Part shown: one piece after another, positions 54,537 to 63,430 of the stretch | Layout: each line of letters starts with the position of its first letter | Numbering within the stretch: position 1 is the stretch's first letter | Assembly (NCBI GenBank): GCA_051656605.1 | Contig: JBOGCF010000026.1 | Coordinates: 7,148 to 71,147, forward strand | Length of the DNA stretch: 64,000 bases | DNA from: Tannerellaceae bacterium | GTDB lineage: Bacteria; Bacteroidota; Bacteroidia; Bacteroidales; CAMTPD01 | Direction: 5' to 3' | The notes under the pieces: generated by a model | The model's database searches: none | The model's input: only the letters and a program-made list of their open reading frames with translations | What the model was told of the DNA's origin: nothing | Translations under genes and position numbers: made by a program

Positions 54537-55823
54537 ATGAGTCATCTTATTTTGTTAACGAGTACCTTCCAAACCGGTTACTCAGAAGTTTCAGATTGGT
54601 TTATCAAACATGCTAACCAGCTTCTTCGCGATGTGGGGCTTTCGCCTCAAAGTGCGGATAGCTTTGATCGTCTTGTAATTCTGGCAGGAGTATTTCTAAT
54701 TGCCTATTTCTCGTATTTATTACTATCAAAGGTGGTGATTAGGGGAGTACATGGTATCGTGAAGAGGACAAAGACTCGGTATGATACGATCTTGTATGAT
54801 AACTACTTCTTCCATCGGTTGTTTGGTTTAATACCTCCGTTATTGGTAGAGTTTCTTGCGCCGCTAGCGTTTAAGAATCCGGATAATATGTTGCTGGCGT
54901 TTATAGAGAAAGGTGTAGCGGTGTACGTTACAATAGTCTTTATTAAAGTATGTACGGCTTTGATCAACTCTGCATTTCAGTATTTCGCAAACGGCAATTC
55001 CGACGGTTATCAAACCTATAAGAGTGCGGCCGAAATTATGAAAATATCGGTAATCGTATTTGGTTGCCTTGTAATTGTAGGGATCTTTTTGTCGAAGTCT
55101 GTTGCAGGTGTTATTACCGGATTGAGTGCATTTGCTGCCGTATTGATGTTGATCTTTAAAGATACGTTGCTTGGTTTTATTGCCGGCTTGCAGCTTGCCG
55201 AATACAAAATGGTAAAGGTGGGCGACTGGATTGTGGTGCCCGATAGCTTGGCAAACGGTACTGTAATCGAAATGTCTCTTATTACGATTAAAGTGCAAAA
55301 CTTTGATAATACGATTGTAACCGTACCTCCTTATTCGCTGATTAGTGGTCAGTTCCAAAACTGGAAAGGGATGTCTGATTCGGGTGTGCGCCGTATTAAG
55401 AAGACGATCTTGCTTGATCAGCTTACCATCAAGCGTATCGATGAATCGTTTATTGCTAAAGTGAAAGATAATCCGATACTTGGCGGTTATCTCGACGATA
55501 AATACATGACAGAGAATACAGGAGGTATCACAACTTCGCCTAGGGATATGACTACCAACGTGGGCTTGTTCCGTGTTTGGGTGCAACACTATTTGCAGAA
55601 TAATCCGGATGTAAGTGTGAATCCGTACATTGTATTGCAAGGCGACGAATCTACCGGTGCCGGTTATCCTTTCTTGCTCAACTTCTTTATCAACACTACT
55701 GTTTGGCAAGATTATGAAATCATTCAATCACGAATCTTTGAAGAGATCATGACTGCGGTGGAAGTGTTTGATCTGAAACTGTTCCAATACAAGACAAGTA
55801 TTCAATCAGGTTTGCCTCAATAA
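54537..55823 (+). CDS. Mechanosensitive ion channel (MscS family)
   Basis: N-terminal TM helices and an MscS core (VKVGDWIVVPDSLANGTVIEMSLITIKVQNFDNTIVTVP). Confidence 0.88.
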   Translation: MSHLILLTSTFQTGYSEVSDWFIKHANQLLRDVGLSPQSADSFDRLVILAGVFLIAYFSYLLLSKVVIRGVHGIVKRTKTRYDTILYDNYFFHRLFGLIPPLLVEFLAPLAFKNPDNMLLAFIEKGVAVYVTIVFIKVCTALINSAFQYFANGNSDGYQTYKSAAEIMKISVIVFGCLVIVGIFLSKSVAGVITGLSAFAAVLMLIFKDTLLGFIAGLQLAEYKMVKVGDWIVVPDSLANGTVIEMSLITIKVQNFDNTIVTVPPYSLISGQFQNWKGMSDSGVRRIKKTILLDQLTIKRIDESFIAKVKDNPILGGYLDDKYMTENTGGITTSPRDMTTNVGLFRVWVQHYLQNNPDVSVNPYIVLQGDESTGAGYPFLLNFFINTTVWQDYEIIQSRIFEEIMTAVEVFDLKLFQYKTSIQSGLPQ

Positions 55824-55842
55824 CAGGTTAAGTGGTTTGTTA

Positions 55843-55890
55843 AAAAGCTGCATGTTTAGAGTTTTATGCTCAAAGCTTGCAGCTTTTTTC
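55843..55890 (+). terminator. Intrinsic terminator after mscS
   Basis: Stem AAAAGCTGCA / TGCAGCTTTT followed by a T-run. Confidence 0.7.
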
Positions 55891-55976
55891 ATTTAAAGAG
55901 GCTCTAATAGATAGCGTGTCTTTAATTTGTATAAATTAGTGATATTATTTGTTTGTATTAATAAAAAGATAAGATT

Positions 55977-56555
55977 ATGAAAAGATTTCTTCTAGTATTA
56001 TCCTTGGTAGTGGCTTCAATTGGAGCTAAAGGACAATGTAATTTAAGCTTTGGTCCTAAGGTTGGATTGAATGTTTCGGATCTGACGAATGGTGACTATT
56101 CGGCGAGAGTAGGCATGAATGTCGGTATTTTTGCTCAATATCGTTTTAATAACTCATGGGCGGTGCAACCGGAGATCCTTTATTCGATGCAAGGAGCTAA
56201 ACTAGACCATCTTCTGGACGGAGGAAGTTCGAATAGAACTTATAAAGTAGACTATATCTCTGTGCCAATTTTAGCTAAGTTTTATGCAACGCAAGGACTG
56301 AGCTTTGGTATTGGTCCGCAGGTGGCGTTCCGTGTAAAGGCTGATAACGGCGGTGGAACATATGATAACAATGAGACATTTAAAGATAAAACGAATCCGG
56401 TAGAACTAGCTGCGGCGGTTGGTGCTGCATACGACTTTCCTTTTGGTATTGTCTTGGATGCGCGTTATACAATCGGAATGACTAAAACCTTTAAATCTGA
56501 TTTTTGGGAAGGACATAATAGTGTGTTCCAATTCAGCGTAGGCTATAAGTTTTGA
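55977..56555 (+). CDS. Small outer-membrane beta-barrel protein (OMP_b-brl_2 / porin-family), copy 1
   Basis: Signal peptide. LSFGPKVGLNVS..., VQPEILYSMQGAK, DYISVPILAKFY, and a C-terminal FQFSVGYKF. Confidence 0.8.
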   Translation: MKRFLLVLSLVVASIGAKGQCNLSFGPKVGLNVSDLTNGDYSARVGMNVGIFAQYRFNNSWAVQPEILYSMQGAKLDHLLDGGSSNRTYKVDYISVPILAKFYATQGLSFGIGPQVAFRVKADNGGGTYDNNETFKDKTNPVELAAAVGAAYDFPFGIVLDARYTIGMTKTFKSDFWEGHNSVFQFSVGYKF

Positions 56556-56760
56556 TGATAGCTTGCAAAATACATGAAATTGCTGTTTTAAAATATCTGA
56601 ATATTATTGAAGTTATTCTCTCGTTGGATAAATATCAAGTCGCTAATAGTCAGAGGTTGTTTTTGTAAACTCATTCCAATTTGTTTGTAAAACTTATACA
56701 TAAATAGTTTAATTGCAGAGCTGGGCTAAAACAAAAGGTTTGGCTGATGGTTTTTATTAA

Positions 56761-56768
56761 TAAGTTTG
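56761..56768 (+). promoter_or_regulatory. Candidate -7 box TAAGTTTG for OMP copy 2
   Basis: TAnnTTTG match 50 nt upstream of the ATG at 56818. Confidence 0.4.
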
Positions 56769-56817
56769 TAGCACATTATTTTTGTTATAAAACCGATTAA
56801 TTATTAAATTAAACAAG

Positions 56818-57387
56818 ATGAAAAAGTTTGTTTTGATGGCAGCAATGGCAATGGTATCATTGGGTGCATTCTGTCAAGAAGGTTTGAGCTTTGGTCCTAA
56901 AATTGGATTGAATATTGCAAATATGACGAATATGGACACTGATAGCCGAGTTGGTATGAATGTAGGTATCTTTGCTCAGTATCGTTTCAATCAATGGATT
57001 GGTGTTCAACCTGAGGTTTTGTATTCGATGCAAGGTGCTAAAGCTGATGCTTTAGGTTTTACAGGAACAATGAAAGTTGACTACATCAATGTACCTATCT
57101 TGGCAAAATTGTATGTATTCAACGGATTGAATATCGAACTTGGTCCTCAGTTTGGTTTCTGTACACGTGCCAAAGGAGATGTTAGTTATGATGGTGATAG
57201 CTTTGTAAACGGCGACTTGAAAGACAATGTAAATACATTTGACTTTGGTATCGCAATGGGCTTGGCTTATGACTTCGACTTTGGTCTTACAGCTAATGCA
57301 CGTTATGTTGCAGGTACAACTGATGTAATCAAGAATAGCGACGTTCGCAACAGTGTATTCCAAATTGGAGTTGGTTATAAATTCTGA
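56818..57387 (+). CDS. Small outer-membrane beta-barrel protein, copy 2 (tandem paralog)
   Basis: Same architecture and motifs as 55977-56555 (LSFGPKIGLNIA, VQPEVLYSMQGAK, DYINVPILAKLY, FQIGVGYKF). Confidence 0.8.
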   Translation: MKKFVLMAAMAMVSLGAFCQEGLSFGPKIGLNIANMTNMDTDSRVGMNVGIFAQYRFNQWIGVQPEVLYSMQGAKADALGFTGTMKVDYINVPILAKLYVFNGLNIELGPQFGFCTRAKGDVSYDGDSFVNGDLKDNVNTFDFGIAMGLAYDFDFGLTANARYVAGTTDVIKNSDVRNSVFQIGVGYKF

Positions 57388-57404
57388 TAACGATAGTAAC
57401 AATT

Positions 57405-57447
57405 AAAAAGCGGAGTTGAGGTTTATTCTCAACTCCGCTTTTTTGTT
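57405..57447. terminator. Bidirectional intrinsic terminator
   Basis: 11-bp stem GCGGAGTTGAG / CTCAACTCCGC, loop GTTTATT, flanked by A5 and T6 runs. Confidence 0.85.
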
Positions 57448-57449
57448 TC

Positions 57450-57845
57450 TTATTGGTGCATTCCAACATACATTCCGATAAAATAAGGAATCAACCAAAT
57501 ACACCATACAACAATACTAAACTTGTTGAAGTTTTTCCTTGCTTTTTCGCTGCCCTTAAAGTATGTCCACACAGCCCAAGAAGCATGGATAAACATAAGG
57601 ACAATTGCAATAATTCCGGTAATGGTGTGGATTTCGTCGTGATGACCTGTTAGTTTGGCAATATGAGCCATTAGTGAAGTTCCGATCGTGTCGAATAAAA
57701 ATCCGAACAAAAAGAAGATTACATGCCATCCATTAAGGTGTTTTTGCAACTTCTCACCCCATACACCAATGGTATAAAATACAAGAGCGGATGAGATGAT
57801 GGTAATCGCTGCAATTAGAAAATGTAAGTCTACGGCGTTTGTCAT
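57450..57845 (-). CDS. Small 4-TM integral membrane protein with conserved histidines (possibly TIGR03987/HsmA-like, uncertain)
   Basis: Four hydrophobic helices and several His residues within them. The start at 57845 (MTNAVDL) is preferred over 57884. Confidence 0.55.
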   Translation of the reverse strand: MTNAVDLHFLIAAITIISSALVFYTIGVWGEKLQKHLNGWHVIFFLFGFLFDTIGTSLMAHIAKLTGHHDEIHTITGIIAIVLMFIHASWAVWTYFKGSEKARKNFNKFSIVVWCIWLIPYFIGMYVGMHQ

Positions 57846-57974
57846 AATAGTAATGTTTGTTGTATATCTAAAACAAAGAATCATTTCAATGGTTTAAAGT
57901 GATTATTCGTATTTTATAACATTTGATATGCAAGATTTTCATGCTCTTATCCGTTATATAGAATAGACAATTCA

Positions 57975-59642
57975 ATGAACATAGAAATGGCAAAAGAAAA
58001 GATCTACACATTACCTTATTTGCTCGACCGAAGTGTGAAACAATACTCGAATCGATTGGCATTGTCGTTTGTAGAGAAACATAAAATCACATATAAGGGA
58101 CTTGGAGCATTGGCTCGAAAAATATCGTTTTTTCTTTCGTTTCATGACGTAGAGAAAGGTGATAAAGTTGCGTTACTAGGCGAGAATTCGCCAAACTGGA
58201 GTGCTGCTTTTTGGGGAATTACGTACGGTGGAGCTGTAGCTGTGCCCATTCTTCCTGATTTTTCGGCTGCGGAGATTAATAATATCTTGGAACATTCGGA
58301 GTCGAAAGTGTTATTTATTTCACAACGTATTTATAAACGAATTGGCGATGCGCTCAACTTTAAGGGACATCTTTTCTTCATCGATCACTTTGATACGGAA
58401 GATGAAGAAGAAAGACTTACTACTGTTCATAATGCGAAGGACTTTGAGAGTTATGAACCGGAAGAGGTGTTGTCTGAAGATTTGGCTAGTATTATTTATA
58501 CCTCCGGTACTACCGGGCGATCAAAAGGGGTAATGCTAACGCATGGTAACCTGACTTTTGTTGCGGAAAAGGTGCGTTCGATTCAGGAGGTATATGATAC
58601 GGATAGTTTCTTGTCTGTATTACCTTTGTCGCATGTTTATGAAAATGTGCTGGGATTGATCTTGCCAATCAGCCGTGGAGCTTCTGTTTATTATATGAGT
58701 AAACCTCCTACACCTACGTTATTGATGAAAGCTCTAGAAGAGGTGAAGCCAACCATGATGTTGATTGTGCCGTTGATCATTGAGAAGATTTACTTTTCTC
58801 GTATTCGTCCCGAATTGACTCGAAACTTTTTGATGCGTAATATGTATCACATATGGCCAATTAATCACTTTATGAATCGAAAGGCCGGTAAGATGTTGAA
58901 GAAGGCTTTTGGTGGTAGACTTCGCTTCTTGGGAATTGGTGGAGCACCGCTTGATGTCTCGACCGAACGTTTCTTGCGCGATGGTGCAGTACCGTATTCA
59001 TGTGGATATGGTCTTACAGAAACGGCTTCTCTTATTTTTGGTTCGAAGGTTGGAAAGGTTAAGTTTCGTTCGGTAGGCCCTCCTCTCGAAGGAGTGAGTT
59101 ATATGATTCGTAAACCAAGTGATAAGGCGATAGAAGGAGAAGTGGTTGTGAAAGGTAGAGGAGTAATGCGTGGTTATTTTAAAGATACGGAGCAGACACG
59201 CCAGGTGCTTTCACCGGATGGATGGTTCAGTACCGGAGATCTTGCTGAGATGAAGAATGGAAACTTGTATATTCGCGGTCGTTCTAAGAATATGATCTTG
59301 GGTCCGAGCGGTGAAAACATATATCCGGAGGAGATCGAGTCTGTATTGAATACGATGGATGGAGTAGAAGAGTCTGTTGTATATGAAAAACGTGGACGTA
59401 TTATTGCTAAGGTTTATATTAATCCGGAGAATCTGGCAAAGAAATACGATGCATTTAAGCAATTGGCTTCTTTTAAGCAGGAAGAATTGCAAGGAAGACT
59501 TGATAACTATGCAACTGAGTTAAAGAAGAAATTGAATGCTCATCTCAATAGGTATTCGCAGGTACAGGATATGATTTTGATGAATGCTCCGTTTGAAAAG
59601 ACTCCGACGCATAAGATAAAACGATTCTTGTATCAGAACTAA
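57975..59642 (+). CDS. Long-chain-fatty-acid--CoA ligase / AMP-dependent synthetase
   Basis: AMP-binding motifs IIYTSGTTGRSKGVMLTHGNL, YGLTET, TGDL. 555 aa. Confidence 0.88.
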   Translation: MNIEMAKEKIYTLPYLLDRSVKQYSNRLALSFVEKHKITYKGLGALARKISFFLSFHDVEKGDKVALLGENSPNWSAAFWGITYGGAVAVPILPDFSAAEINNILEHSESKVLFISQRIYKRIGDALNFKGHLFFIDHFDTEDEEERLTTVHNAKDFESYEPEEVLSEDLASIIYTSGTTGRSKGVMLTHGNLTFVAEKVRSIQEVYDTDSFLSVLPLSHVYENVLGLILPISRGASVYYMSKPPTPTLLMKALEEVKPTMMLIVPLIIEKIYFSRIRPELTRNFLMRNMYHIWPINHFMNRKAGKMLKKAFGGRLRFLGIGGAPLDVSTERFLRDGAVPYSCGYGLTETASLIFGSKVGKVKFRSVGPPLEGVSYMIRKPSDKAIEGEVVVKGRGVMRGYFKDTEQTRQVLSPDGWFSTGDLAEMKNGNLYIRGRSKNMILGPSGENIYPEEIESVLNTMDGVEESVVYEKRGRIIAKVYINPENLAKKYDAFKQLASFKQEELQGRLDNYATELKKKLNAHLNRYSQVQDMILMNAPFEKTPTHKIKRFLYQN

Positions 59643-59670
59643 AAGCTATCAGCTAAACTCTATAAAATAG

Positions 59671-59710
59671 AAAAACGAGGTCTTCAATTGATTTGAAAGA
59701 CCTCGTTTTA
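59671..59710. terminator. Bidirectional intrinsic terminator
   Basis: 13-bp stem AAAACGAGGTCTT / AAGACCTCGTTTT between convergent genes. Confidence 0.85.
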
Positions 59711-59733
59711 TATATAAAGATTTTGGCGTAATC

Positions 59734-60468
59734 TTATTCAGATTCTCTTACAAGCTCAATTTGTGTTCCATTATTTAATACCCAATTGATGGTTGTATTG
59801 GTATAATTGATCACAAGATTATGAGACAAATAAGGATTTTCTGTTTGATAAAATAAGGCCAGTGCTTGGTTCGTTGTTAATTGCCATGATCCCTTTGTGA
59901 GATATAGGTCTGTTTGGGATGCAAGGTTGTAGATTGCACAAGTGAATTGATGATTGGGCAAGATGGTAAATACCACCTTATTTTGTGCATCTTGTTGGTT
60001 TGGTAAGTAATTAACATAGGTTCCAACAATATTCCCGCCTTCCGGACACTCGGTATTTTGAGTGAGTGATGTAACATATGAAACAACAAGTCTGTTTTGT
60101 GTGATCCCTGCGGCATCTGTATACGGTTGAGTAAACCCACGAAGTTGTACAAAAACAGGATTTTCCATGGTAGGATCTACTGCTGTATATTTATCTAATA
60201 ATGTTTGAAATGCACTTTCTCGAGCTATAGGCAAAGTCATTCCGGTGGCACAACTGGTAAAGACCGGATTGAAGTTGTTCATATAGAATAAACCAGAATA
60301 ATAGAAGTTTGATTCACTAACGATAACAGGACCAATTCCCATCGATTCAACATTCTGACTACTTGGGGGTGTGTATGCAGAGCCTGCTTTTTGCACATTA
60401 CTGCTACTTCCACATGATGAGAAGATCAGCGTAGCTACTGCACTTAATGTAAGAAGTGTCTTTTTCAT
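59734..60468 (-). CDS. Lipoprotein of unknown function (NlpE/lipocalin-like, very tentative), paralog A
   Basis: Lipobox IFSSC. It shares ESNFY, F(T)xCATG, RG(F/Y), C....NI(V/T)GTY, GSW and LSH..INY.N.TI.W with the neighbouring gene. Confidence 0.6.
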   Translation of the reverse strand: MKKTLLTLSAVATLIFSSCGSSSNVQKAGSAYTPPSSQNVESMGIGPVIVSESNFYYSGLFYMNNFNPVFTSCATGMTLPIARESAFQTLLDKYTAVDPTMENPVFVQLRGFTQPYTDAAGITQNRLVVSYVTSLTQNTECPEGGNIVGTYVNYLPNQQDAQNKVVFTILPNHQFTCAIYNLASQTDLYLTKGSWQLTTNQALALFYQTENPYLSHNLVINYTNTTINWVLNNGTQIELVRESE

Positions 60469-60655
60469 AATCTGTTGTTTTTGTTTTAGATAGTTTCTTA
60501 TTAAACAAGGAGGTTTATTTTAAGTTGTAAATTATGTGCTGTTTTGAGTGTGAAAAAGTATTGTTATATAATGCAAAAAGAGAGACTCAATCTCGAGCCT
60601 CTCTTTCTTAAGAATAGATATATTTATTTAATCACGAAAGGAGTAAAATCCTTTT

Positions 60656-61384
60656 TTATTTTTTGGTAAATGTAAATGTTGCACCACCATTATCAGTCCA
60701 GCTAATTGTATTATTACTGTAATTGATTGTTGCAGTATGAGACAAAGTCGAGTCTTGAGCCAAATAATTTAATGAAACTTGGTCTGCTTGAAGAAGATTC
60801 CAAGAACCATCAACTTTAGCGGTTTGCTTTTTATCTTTTAGATCCAAAGTAATAACGGAAAATTGATAGTCTTTACCCACAGTGAGCGTCATTTCTTCAG
60901 TTGCTTTTTCTTTCGAAGGCACCATACAGATATAAGTTCCGGTGATGTTTTTCTGTGTAGTACAGGTTTCATCTTGTCTCCATCCTGTAATATCCGAGAT
61001 CACAAATTGTTGACCTCCTTTATCATTAGGTGCAAAATATCCTCTGAATTCACCTAATACGGGTTTTTCTCCTTTAGGTTGCATCTGGGTATATTCTTTT
61101 GCAACATCGTCATAGTCGCCGGTTTTTGCGATTGTAAGCTTTGCTCCTGTTGCGCAATCAGTAAAGTAACTGCCGTTTGCATCGGAGCTAACTTCTCCGC
61201 AAAAATAGAAATTAGATTCTGCAATGTTTACCGGACCAGGCGATGCCGGATAATTGTTTTCTGCTGCTAACTCTTGTGGTGTAGGAGGAGATGTGGTTGC
61301 AGATTCTTCACTTGTCGTTTTTTTGCCTTGTGAACAAGAAGCCATAAACAATACAGCTCCTACAATGTAAACTAGTTTTTTCAT
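60656..61384 (-). CDS. Lipoprotein of unknown function, paralog B
   Basis: Lipobox FMASC. Collinear with 59734-60468 (242 vs 244 aa). Confidence 0.6.
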   Translation of the reverse strand: MKKLVYIVGAVLFMASCSQGKKTTSEESATTSPPTPQELAAENNYPASPGPVNIAESNFYFCGEVSSDANGSYFTDCATGAKLTIAKTGDYDDVAKEYTQMQPKGEKPVLGEFRGYFAPNDKGGQQFVISDITGWRQDETCTTQKNITGTYICMVPSKEKATEEMTLTVGKDYQFSVITLDLKDKKQTAKVDGSWNLLQADQVSLNYLAQDSTLSHTATINYSNNTISWTDNGGATFTFTKK

Positions 61385-61490
61385 AAAATCTTAGGAACGA
61401 TAATAGTAATGCATAATGAAACAACATCCTTCTTGCTTTTGCAAATACAAAAGATAAAGAAGGTGTATCTAGATTACTGAATCGAATATC

Positions 61491-61670
61491 TTATAATTCT
61501 TCGATTTCAGAATGCTCTTCATTCCATGTATCCGGAGCTGCTTCCGGATCTTCCTGACTTTGAAGCCAAGCATAGTACTCGTCTTTGGTTACCCATTCTC
61601 CGGTTGCGCTGTTGTAATATTCTATTTCGTTAGTTTCCGGATTAAATCTTTTTTCTTTGTTATCATCCAT
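61491..61670 (-). CDS. Unannotated small acidic protein (59 aa), hypothetical
   Basis: Hand translation of the minus strand gives MDDNKEKRFNPETNEIEYYNSATGEWVTKDEYYAWLQSQEDPEAAPDTWNEEHSEIEEL*. It falls below the 60-aa ORF-track cutoff. It is on the same strand and downstream of gtrA. Confidence 0.35.
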   Translation of the reverse strand: MDDNKEKRFNPETNEIEYYNSATGEWVTKDEYYAWLQSQEDPEAAPDTWNEEHSEIEEL

Positions 61671-61763
61671 GACAATTACATTTTATGTGAATTTATCAGT
61701 TCGTTAATGATATAAGCTGTTTTTATCGTAATTGTTCATTTGATTAAGGTTTTTCTGTCTTAA

Positions 61764-62168
61764 TTATTTCGTGTGTTTAAACACAAAGCGTAGTAGGAGA
61801 AAGTTGAGAGGTAGTGCGATTATAAATACCGGGAATGGAGCTGCTTCTTTGGGAATCCCAATCCAAATAAAGAAATTAAGAAAACCTAATTGCATAACGT
61901 AATTAAAACCTTGTTGCATTAGAAAACCAATACTTTTCTGTAGTGATGGCTTTTGCTTAAAGGTAAAATATGAAGTAAGAAAGAAGTTGGAGGTAATGCT
62001 TACAATTGAAGCCAATGTATAAGAAAGACTAGGAGAGCAGATTTGTGTAAGCGGTAAGTATATTAAATACAGAATCAATGTTATTAGTGTTCCAACGATG
62101 ATAAAACGAATGAATTGCCCTTGCTTAGTTGGAGCATTTACCTTTTTTATTACAGATGATAGGTTCAT
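61764..62168 (-). CDS. GtrA-family membrane protein
   Basis: 134 aa, 4 TM helices. The QFIRFIIVGTL N-terminal motif is typical of GtrA-like proteins. Confidence 0.75.
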   Translation of the reverse strand: MNLSSVIKKVNAPTKQGQFIRFIIVGTLITLILYLIYLPLTQICSPSLSYTLASIVSITSNFFLTSYFTFKQKPSLQKSIGFLMQQGFNYVMQLGFLNFFIWIGIPKEAAPFPVFIIALPLNFLLLRFVFKHTK

Positions 62169-62417
62169 GTTTGAATTATGCGATTAGGAAGTAAAGATAC
62201 TTTAATTTTTGTTGCAGTTGTCAAGATTATAACTCTTTTCCTATTTTAACAGCGAATCTAACAAACTTACAAAAAGGATTACTTGTTCTTGTTGAAAGAG
62301 CATGGGAAATAGTTCCTAATGTGAAATTTAGAATTAAGAATAATCTGGAGGAGTTTGCATTGGATATTAAATATATACAAAAGGATATAATGCAATGAAT
62401 ATCATTGTAAGATTCTA

Positions 62418-62425
62418 TATCTTTG
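62418..62425 (+). promoter_or_regulatory. Candidate -7 box TATCTTTG for the L,D-transpeptidase gene
   Basis: TAnnTTTG match 56 nt upstream of the ATG at 62481. Confidence 0.4.
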
Positions 62426-62480
62426 TAATATACGAATTAGAACTGCACCCTCTTCCTATATTTTAAAAGGAGGATCTATT

Positions 62481-63407
62481 ATGAAAATGAAGCGTATGTT
62501 CGTTTGTTGTTTATTTTTCAGTCTATCATTTATGCACTCTTATGCATCAGATAGTATACAAATTAAGGAGGATTTGTTATATGACAAATATACACTAAAT
62601 GATACGTATAAATATGGAAAAGAAGAACGTGAAATTCAATGGAGTAAAATCAAACAAGGATTACGTAATATAGATAACTTTGAACATGAATATATAACAT
62701 TCGGAATTTTGCAGAATGTGAAAAATACGAATGGAAAACCTCCGGCAACAAAAGACTTTATTAAGACCAAATGGAATTATATAACTGATTCATTAGGTGT
62801 GCGTCAAAGTCAAGCTATTCCTCTCTATGATTTGAACGATTTATCTCAACCGGCGATATATGGTCGTGATGGTGCTTTGATTGCGATCTTGAGTGATAGT
62901 CTGGACTATTATAAGATTGCGATAGCATCAAAAGACGGTGAATGGTATGTGCCGAAGAAGTATGTATTTGACTTAGGTCCGGTTCATTTTGATAAAGTTA
63001 TTTTTGTGGATCGAAAGAATCAAAATATTGTAACTCTTGAATATTCGGATGGAGAATGGTTGGTTAGGAGTAAAAACCCAGCAACGACCGGATTGAATCA
63101 TCCACCATATAAAGAAGCTACACCTCTGGGAATATATGTGTTGCAGCATAAACTAGCTAAGATGGTTTATCTCAAAGATGGATCAAGTGAAGTGGGTGGA
63201 TATGCGCCTTATGCAAACCGTTTTACTGACGGAGCATATATTCATGGTGTTCCTGTAAATGAGCCGCATACTGAAATGGTAGAATATAGTTCTACACTAG
63301 GAACAACCCCGCGTTCGCATATGTGTGTGCGTAATGCGACTTCTCATGCTAAATTTATTTACGACTGGGCGCCTGTAAACGAGACGCTGGTCTATGTGAT
63401 CGAATAA
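62481..63407 (+). CDS. L,D-transpeptidase (YkuD-domain) family protein
   Basis: Signal peptide and a C-terminal YkuD catalytic region (IHGVP...TPRSHMCVRN, which is an H...S-H-x-C-V-R context). Confidence 0.75.
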   Translation: MKMKRMFVCCLFFSLSFMHSYASDSIQIKEDLLYDKYTLNDTYKYGKEEREIQWSKIKQGLRNIDNFEHEYITFGILQNVKNTNGKPPATKDFIKTKWNYITDSLGVRQSQAIPLYDLNDLSQPAIYGRDGALIAILSDSLDYYKIAIASKDGEWYVPKKYVFDLGPVHFDKVIFVDRKNQNIVTLEYSDGEWLVRSKNPATTGLNHPPYKEATPLGIYVLQHKLAKMVYLKDGSSEVGGYAPYANRFTDGAYIHGVPVNEPHTEMVEYSSTLGTTPRSHMCVRNATSHAKFIYDWAPVNETLVYVIE

Positions 63408-63430
63408 TCAATTGTATTTGCCAAGACTAA

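Noticed and set aside
54864-55727. 287-aa ORF antisense to mscS
   Set aside because: The + strand protein has the canonical MscS core. The antisense product is low-complexity (Asn/Ile/Arg/His-rich).
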